Of a stretch of 64,000 nt of DNA, positions 58,801 to 64,000 are shown piece by piece. The notes beneath the pieces are model-generated. The model was not told the origin of the DNA. It did no database searches and worked only from the letters and a program-made list of their open reading frames with translations. Made by a program: the position numbers and the translations under genes. Each line of letters begins with the position of its first letter. The first letter of the stretch is position 1. The stretch is from a virus (lineage: Duplodnaviria; Heunggongvirae; Uroviricota; Caudoviricetes), in IMG/VR virus record IMGVR_UViG_3300020714_000006. One strand, given 5' to 3'.

Positions 58801-61800
58801 TGCCGGTACCAGACCCAACCATAGATGGAATACCAATATTAACTTCAAATCCAGCACCAACCATTCCTAGTTGAGCTGTTAATATAGTTGTATTATCAAC
58901 AAATCCATATCCATTGCTAACAAATGTAATAGTTGAAACTAAATTATTAGTAACTGTTATATTAACAATTGGATATATTGTAGCAGTTGTCCCACTTAGA
59001 TAGGTTAATTGAATATTATCATATTGTCCATTTACATATCCTTCACCATTAGCTAATATATTTAATGAAGTTGCACTACTAGATGCAATAAATGTTATAC
59101 CAACTGCATTGCTTGATGCTCCAATTAATGTAAAATCAGTTGTTCCAACAGTCATAATAGTATATGAATTACCTGTAATAAATGTACCAGCTGTGTCAAT
59201 TAACAATGGCAATCTTTCACTATAAATCCACTTTGTATTATATATATCATAAACATCAATCATACTAGATACTGAATTTTCATATTTACTATGAATAACA
59301 AGTGTGTCATAATTATCCATAAATTCAATATTTGTACCAAATTCTGAATTTATTGATGGATATAAATTATCAATTTGTTGATATAACGCATAAGATGATG
59401 CTGTTTGTTTATAAACTTGAACACTACCTTGATGAGAATATGTTATCCCAGAATATAAACTATCAGAAACTGCTATATAATCACCAAATGTTGATATAGC
59501 AATACTATTTCCAAATGAATTAGTTTGTCCAGTTATAGTTTGAATTAAAGTTCCAGAATTATATACAGATACTGCACCAACTGATGATATTATCAAAGTT
59601 TCATTATTACTTACTTTTATGTTTGCCCCAAAGTTATCACCAGAATTAATCCCAGTTAATGATGAAGTCAAATTGTAGTGCCAGTTATATGTTACAAATT
59701 GTAATAACCCAGAAGGTTGTGTATCTGGATTTGATGATAAAATCAATGTTGGAATATTACTAATATTATTTGGTATTAACTGTACTACTTGTTGATTACT
59801 AGTAAACCCATTTCCAATTACATACATTGCAAAAACATCTATACCTGGTGCGCTAACCAAATTTAGTGTAGTTCCAGTGCTATTATATGGCTCATAATAG
59901 GATGACGCATGTACAGTCATCTCATAATTAATTTTATAAACTTTTCCAGTATTATTATTTCCACCTGACGCACCAATGTACAAACAGTTTTGACCAAATT
60001 CCAAACTGGACCCAAAGTATTCATTCATATCTGGTTGTGGACTTACAAATGTCACTACATGATAGTAACTTTTGGTTTTATCCATTTTATATAATGATAC
60101 AACACCTTGGTTAATTAAAGATGAATTTGTACCAGAAATAGATGTATACACTAATTCAGAAGTGTTTTTAATACTATTTCTTACAGCAGTTCCATTACCT
60201 GAGCCAATACCCGTTGCAACAAATACTATACCAATTGCATTTTTTGATGCACCTATTAATGTAAAATCGGTAGATGGTGCACTGCCAAGTGAAATGATAG
60301 TATAAGTAGCACCTACTATAAAGACTCCTGCAGTAACAGGTGAAGTATCAACAGCGGCACCATCTCCTGTCCCAGCACCAGTAGCAATAAATATCTGTCC
60401 AACCACATTTGAGGTTGCTCCAATTGCAGTAAAGTCAGTTGTTCCGAGTAATGTAATAGTATATGTTTTACCAACAATAAATGATCCAGCAGTTATAAAA
60501 GCAAGATTATTATCAAAAGTAACAGAAGTATTATTTACTGGTATCATACTATTATCAAATGTTACACTAATATTACTCAATTCAGTACATACATTACTAC
60601 TTTCTGGCGAGCCAACAGCTATCCATGTGCCATCATTAGATATACTAACAACTGTTCCAAATGCACTCAATGGGTTTTGATCATCCAAAGATATAAATGG
60701 GTTAGTTAAAACTTGATGCAATGATAACAGAGAAGTTTTATATGTAGTATAAACATAGATTCCACCTAATGCAGTTGAAATTACTACATTACTTCCGGTA
60801 CTATCAGATGCGATTGCCCTACCATAATTAACTTGTGATGTTGGATACGGATTTGGTAATAATCTACCACTATACACAGAATTGTATTCCCATGTTGCCC
60901 ATTTTCCAAAACCATTATCATCAGTCCATAATAATTCATTAGATTTTAATGGATAATGTAATATAGAATTAGCATCATCAATAGTTGTTGCACGTTGTGA
61001 TGTTAAATGATAAATTCTAATTGTATTTTGTTCAGTAAATGGTGATGCTACAGTTATACCAGGTGCTGATACAATTAAAATATTATTCGCATATGATATT
61101 ACTTTATAAAATCCTGAAAATTTTGTAACATTTGATATCCCAATATAATCACCAGATGCAATAGAAGTATTTCCAGTTACATCAATAGTAAGTTGGTTAC
61201 TATCATATGTTGCATTAGTAACAGCAAAATTAGTTGCAGTATATCTATAAATGTTCCATTCTGTATTTTCAAATGTACACCAAACATAATCACCTTCTGT
61301 AAATTGAGTAATATCTTGTGTTAAGATTTCAGAAATATATTTTAAAGTCAATGATACCTGGTTAGATCTAACATATCCACCTGGTCTTAAGAATTTCTTA
61401 CTTGATGAAACAATTGGAAATAAATTTGATTCATATTCAGCTGGTTTTACATATATATCTGATGGTATTTGTTGTATAGAATAACCAGTATTCTGTGTCT
61501 TTTTGTCAACTAATTCTATAACTTGTGGATTATTTTTAAACTTTTCTTCAGGCAATACAAATTCCACTTCAGCAAATGCTGAACTAGCCCCATATTGGCC
61601 AACTCGAACTGCCCATTCTTCATAGAATGTCAAACTTTCTTTATTATCTAAAGTTAACACACCAAACAATTTATTGAAAACGTTTTGTGTACCTTTTTCA
61701 GCAATCATACCTTGGTAAAATTTAAATTCACTAACATCATCTTGAATGATATTATTAAGATATTGACGTTTTTGATATCCAATTAAATGTTGTGCCATTG

Positions 61801-64000
61801 TTTGTTGTGCACTATCAAAATGTTCATCATCTAATCTATAGAAATCTGTAAATTGAGTAGCTATGTTAGTCCAATTTGGTAAAATCTTAGAAGTTGGTCG
61901 TGTCGATAATCTTGTCCATTGTGTTGTATCAAATGTTTCAGATCCAGTTATAAATGAATCAGCACTATAATAAAATGATTGATACTGAACTATATCACCT
62001 AATGTATAATCTTTCCATGCTACCCATTTAGTAATTTTAGCTTCATCAAATATAAACCCAGGAGTGTCAAAACCACCATACCAGCCGCTAGTTACATATG
62101 CAGATACTTTAATTCTATCTTGTTTATAACCACTTGTTGGATCATAAATTAAATCGTTAAACATCGTGGTATTATTGATTATTACTACTTGTTCTTTTTG
62201 CACAATGTAGAAACTTGCATTATATATTCCATCATCATTAGCTGGTCTATAAGTAACTAAATTTTTGTTTCTTGATGAATTTAAGAATTGTGCTGGGATA
62301 GGATATCCATCTACTCTAAACATCTCATAGTCATTAAATTTATTAGTAATATTATCAACAACATTCAATGATGCAGAAAACGTAATAGCCGCAGCTGCAG
62401 GACTAAGTGAAATTACAGAACTTCCTATATTACTTAACCCATCTAGTTTTTCATAAAATTCATTGTGAAAAACTGATGATTCTTCTACATTTCGTATTGC
62501 TCTATAATAATTATCTTCATATTTTACTATACTATTATAAGTAATTAATGTATTTGGTAGCCAATCTGTCCAAATATCTTGTCCAGCAGACCAGTTTTGG
62601 GTTGTCCAAAACATAAATTCTTTTGCACTAGTTTCCCAATTTGAAACTTGATTTAAATTTGTATTAAACTCATCAAAAATAAAACCTTGATCTTTTAACC
62701 ACTCTCCATAACTAATTAAAAAATCAACAACATCTTGTATTGTTTCAAATGTTGTATTATATGGAATTGTTATTGGATTAGTTTTATCCCATGCTTTTCT
62801 TAAGAACGCAGTTCGTCCACCAATAATGGGTAACGATGACAATTTTTGATAATTTGATTCAGAAAATGATAATTCAGAATTAATTGAACTGGTTGCCCTA
62901 AAATAATCATTTCCAAATTTTACTAATTGTCCTTTATTATATGATTTTCCGCTAGTCCATATTACAAAATTTTCAGATATACCACCAATATTTATTGAAC
63001 GTCCAGATTGACTCCAAGGGTAATAAACAAAATATGGCTGTGTTTTACTATATCCTTTTACAGAATATCCATTATAAAGTTTTGTTATAATAACACCACT
63101 ATATGTAATTTTCTTAGTAGGAGAAGATGTGTTTAAAATAATTGAATAATCATCTTGTGGAACAAAAACATTTCCAGTAGTTAACGGTGATTTTGAATCT
63201 AATATTAAATTAAATTGAGTTTTACTTGTAAATCCACCAATTCTATATCCAAGTTTATAAGAAATATTTGATAAGTCATAAGCATATTGTGAATATGTTG
63301 TTAGATCACCACTTATAATATAATTTATAACATAATTAATAACACCAGCAGTTTGTACTCGTTTAGAACTTGCATATATGCTTGGTAATATTACATCACT
63401 TGGTGAAATATGTAATCCAGTGTTATTATATACTAATTGTCCAGTTAAATTCTTAGAAATCCTAGATCTATCTAGAATAATACCCAATGTTTTAGATGGT
63501 GTTAGTAAAATTGATGTTAAAATAACACTAAATGGATAATGAGAACTTCTTCTCCACGCGCTTTCAACCGGACCAACATCTCCAAAAATATAATTACTTT
63601 TAACAGCATCAGTAACAATACCTTGCGATAATCCAGAATCAATTGGATTTATTAAATTACCATGTTCATCTACTGGAATATGATCCATCAAAAATGGTTT
63701 AATATATTGTTTTAATAATGTTGGTGCGCCAGGTGCATTTAATATTCCATTACTAATATCTTCCCACATTATTAAATTATCAGATGTATACGGAGCTGGT
63801 CCATATACGGTATCCCACCATGTTGGTTTATCAGTTATTCCTAAAATTTCCCAAGGACAAATATGTGGGCGTTCTGTATCTAATATCCATTTATATATTC
63901 CTCTCCAATATCCTGGAATTAATCTACCATCAGGCGCAGAATGACCAGTAAAATTAAATGTAAATGGATTTGTTGAATCATATTGTATTGGATTAGTAAA
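52820..64000 (-). CDS. Giant virion protein (baseplate/tail), >3700 aa, starts beyond the window
   Basis: Frame open from 64000 (77 codons before the listed ATG); FG-type propeller, W..Y..GD.V and G.GY repeats. Confidence 0.8.
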   Translation of the reverse strand, partial: FTNPIQYDSTNPFTFNFTGHSAPDGRLIPGYWRGIYKWILDTERPHICPWEILGITDKPTWWDTVYGPAPYTSDNLIMWEDISNGILNAPGAPTLLKQYIKPFLMDHIPVDEHGNLINPIDSGLSQGIVTDAVKSNYIFGDVGPVESAWRRSSHYPFSVILTSILLTPSKTLGIILDRSRISKNLTGQLVYNNTGLHISPSDVILPSIYASSKRVQTAGVINYVINYIISGDLTTYSQYAYDLSNISYKLGYRIGGFTSKTQFNLILDSKSPLTTGNVFVPQDDYSIILNTSSPTKKITYSGVIITKLYNGYSVKGYSKTQPYFVYYPWSQSGRSINIGGISENFVIWTSGKSYNKGQLVKFGNDYFRATSSINSELSFSESNYQKLSSLPIIGGRTAFLRKAWDKTNPITIPYNTTFETIQDVVDFLISYGEWLKDQGFIFDEFNTNLNQVSNWETSAKEFMFWTTQNWSAGQDIWTDWLPNTLITYNSIVKYEDNYYRAIRNVEESSVFHNEFYEKLDGLSNIGSSVISLSPAAAAITFSASLNVVDNITNKFNDYEMFRVDGYPIPAQFLNSSRNKNLVTYRPANDDGIYNASFYIVQKEQVVIINNTTMFNDLIYDPTSGYKQDRIKVSAYVTSGWYGGFDTPGFIFDEAKITKWVAWKDYTLGDIVQYQSFYYSADSFITGSETFDTTQWTRLSTRPTSKILPNWTNIATQFTDFYRLDDEHFDSAQQTMAQHLIGYQKRQYLNNIIQDDVSEFKFYQGMIAEKGTQNVFNKLFGVLTLDNKESLTFYEEWAVRVGQYGASSAFAEVEFVLPEEKFKNNPQVIELVDKKTQNTGYSIQQIPSDIYVKPAEYESNLFPIVSSSKKFLRPGGYVRSNQVSLTLKYISEILTQDITQFTEGDYVWCTFENTEWNIYRYTATNFAVTNATYDSNQLTIDVTGNTSIASGDYIGISNVTKFSGFYKVISYANNILIVSAPGITVASPFTEQNTIRIYHLTSQRATTIDDANSILHYPLKSNELLWTDDNGFGKWATWEYNSVYSGRLLPNPYPTSQVNYGRAIASDSTGSNVVISTALGGIYVYTTYKTSLLSLHQVLTNPFISLDDQNPLSAFGTVVSISNDGTWIAVGSPESSNVCTELSNISVTFDNSMIPVNNTSVTFDNNLAFITAGSFIVGKTYTITLLGTTDFTAIGATSNVVGQIFIATGAGTGDGAAVDTSPVTAGVFIVGATYTIISLGSAPSTDFTLIGASKNAIGIVFVATGIGSGNGTAVRNSIKNTSELVYTSISGTNSSLINQGVVSLYKMDKTKSYYHVVTFVSPQPDMNEYFGSSLEFGQNCLYIGASGGNNNTGKVYKINYEMTVHASSYYEPYNSTGTTLNLVSAPGIDVFAMYVIGNGFTSNQQVVQLIPNNISNIPTLILSSNPDTQPSGLLQFVTYNWHYNLTSSLTGINSGDNFGANIKVSNNETLIISSVGAVSVYNSGTLIQTITGQTNSFGNSIAISTFGDYIAVSDSLYSGITYSHQGSVQVYKQTASSYALYQQIDNLYPSINSEFGTNIEFMDNYDTLVIHSKYENSVSSMIDVYDIYNTKWIYSERLPLLIDTAGTFITGNSYTIMTVGTTDFTLIGASSNAVGITFIASSSATSLNILANGEGYVNGQYDNIQLTYLSGTTATIYPIVNITVTNNLVSTITFVSNGYGFVDNTTILTAQLGMVGAGFEVNIGIPSMVGSGTGTAVINIENDSNKLGFCISLNKILIGTPYEYDINSPRSGLIFEYIKASDAYSWTQKHQEIDKPDINKIKQTFLYNKQKNELISYLDVIDPLQGKIAGIAEQELSYKTFYDPAIYSIGDSSVNVDESIAWTTNQVGKLWWDVRTAKFIESYDSDITYRSSTWNTLVHGASIDIYEWVETNLLPSVWDTQADTDAGLSLNISGKSLYGDTCYCIKKYYDNVSKTIKNTYYFWVKNKAIVPNIPGRYTSAQNISSLITSPVKNAYKYIAITSQNTFEVANVGQVLSNNDVILSIQYWLIDKTDQNIHAQWKIISNDQSTILPNTIEQKWFDSLCGSDNFGNLVPDTSLPLKLKYGVENRPRQSMFVNRFEAIKELVEQANTILLQNQIASTRNLEGISQYDQAPSLTSGLYDIVINTDAELQFNSASSYKVPVLSAVIIDGKISSVTILSTGFGYVISPVIKVIGTGVDAVLKAILNTKGQIVDVKVINGGNGYDYTTKLQTRNFAALVLSDSQSNDTWSIYSFNLETNSWSRILSKSYDASEFWYYVDWYEIGYNQFTAIDYSVSIFADLQGISTNVNDTIKVRLGNNGEWILLKRYSLIDSLDWTKTYKVVGIQNGTIQLNSKLYDSPQYDGTLYDSIGYDNNSSTELRIILNAFKTDIFINELKTDYLNLFFNSVRYAHNEQKYIDWIFKSSFVKAKHNVGTLNQPVTFKNDNLVDFENYVAEVKPYRTKVREYISSYTNIESGNILSTDFDLPPIYAQGGTNVIEAYLVDNKIVVYNTEVQQYPWKSWYDNAGFSIKSIKIINGGYGYITAPKITVVPDNGAVLNAQIDFLGRVTSIEIVSGGKGFLSTPTLIIEQPPFGQGVTACVYIGNSLVRTNRINLKFDRITHNYYINKLQEVESFTAIANQTTFELLWSPDIKIGYSSVTVNNLPITPDSYSLSIETLKYNEYNGIIYDKYYGTLTLHDAVQANDIVSITYVKDASILNAADRINFYYNPSTNNLGKDLTQLMTGIDYGGVLIDGLSFAINHGWDSLPYLSDRWDSYDPTFTDNKIVVEVSGTHTFKLSYIPTVGTIINVYMNGVRIDDLHFDTIDQLNTHAVMTSPIIGLISSTEVTINIDRSININVPSNLQVNANDVFIFRESTSDGSIKTFSDDYDTAYDGGDLAYISATGYAPGDVVIDGDGFVTPMTSYAPEEVVPGQIVDALEIKVFEQNAIVSGNVKVDKYVADGVTTDFNIRQRLNSNQAAIVTLETFINNGTSITSTTVIQTLDVDYSVDYTNNTIVFTTPPVIGGVIAIFSIGVNSTNTLDIGYIIADGFTTEYTTRTMWDASYLVDVFVNGYAVEYTSYQTSAEILGLRFATPPDVNAVISYIVVDSLIRTFTITTTEQILIPSGGLPANTLVNLNSIVGTANNNENNMIVVVDNTILVPTQYTYYPSTGGSPSISFTIEIADSSNVTVTSSYNNSILQVERSQLNVPQIIHTIDTPQYYNDLTVYSGTIMLPKKVLNENYIWVIKNGILLTPDVDFILTMDRDSITLLIPPIKTDIFDVITFNSNTTSNLAFMQFKDMLNRMHYKDIDTSKQTTLAEDLKWNDISIIVQENNVFDMPNPSKNIPGVIEIGSERIEYFEIVGNKLTQLRRATLGTGAAPLYNKGTTVQNIGPSSNISYNDKTISQNVIVTQSMITNNNTIDIDVIPTRTHVPVGLFVIGNEYTIKTIGTTSNTHWNIIGGTTDVTYDVGVRFIAASTGIDTLTQLAYGTGDAYLNWTYDIGTIVTVGSFIVGDTYTIKKLGNTTNASWNQIGGTTGVTYSPGTTFVAATIGYNLGNGEAYIADSVFNTVIPADYGQCDDIEVFIGGYDISTWTPSVIYAVGDIVIFGSYTYKCTQSHISGTTFNDVVTTVTINNDNTTNTIESNVDSGMVWSFFISNIRLKKQPYKAFNVNKSPYSPKGDTQFDADFSVNGIAKQIRLTNPVPVGTRITIVKQYGSVWNNKYAIL

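Noticed and set aside
45876-64000. Diversity-generating retroelement or invertible fibre cassette
   Set aside because: No reverse transcriptase or invertase, and no near-identical template/variable repeat pair was seen; the repeats are diverged at the protein level.

Overview
AT-rich segment of a large T4-like (jumbo-type) myophage genome, standard genetic code, probably with a Gram-negative host (spanins, sigma70 promoters). From left to right: a decayed QueC-like cassette, virion proteins, a Pol III alpha fragment, GroES, a glycosyltransferase, a clamp loader, PhoH, a lysis cassette, DnaJ/ClpA, a nucleotidyltransferase trio, likely head/internal proteins, a family B polymerase, a sliding clamp, a 5'-3' exonuclease, MoxR-type AAA + VWA, ThyX and a minus-strand tail/baseplate block ending in a >3700-aa ORF. 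Eight free-standing homing-type endonuclease genes lie in the first 42 kb. Main observations: (1) five endonuclease genes from three nuclease families share a ~65-90 bp leader. It is bracketed by convergent late-promoter boxes and folds into two covarying hairpins that pair better on the antisense strand, with the anti-SD largely in a loop, so it is a candidate cis-antisense RNA control cassette. (2) The clamp loader is fractured by an endonuclease and carries a naturally split intein in Walker B. (3) The PolB gene is fractured by a MobE-like HNH just after Exo I, and the halves carry what looks like a non-splicing Hint-domain relic. All calls come from reading the sequence by eye; no database search or folding program was run.
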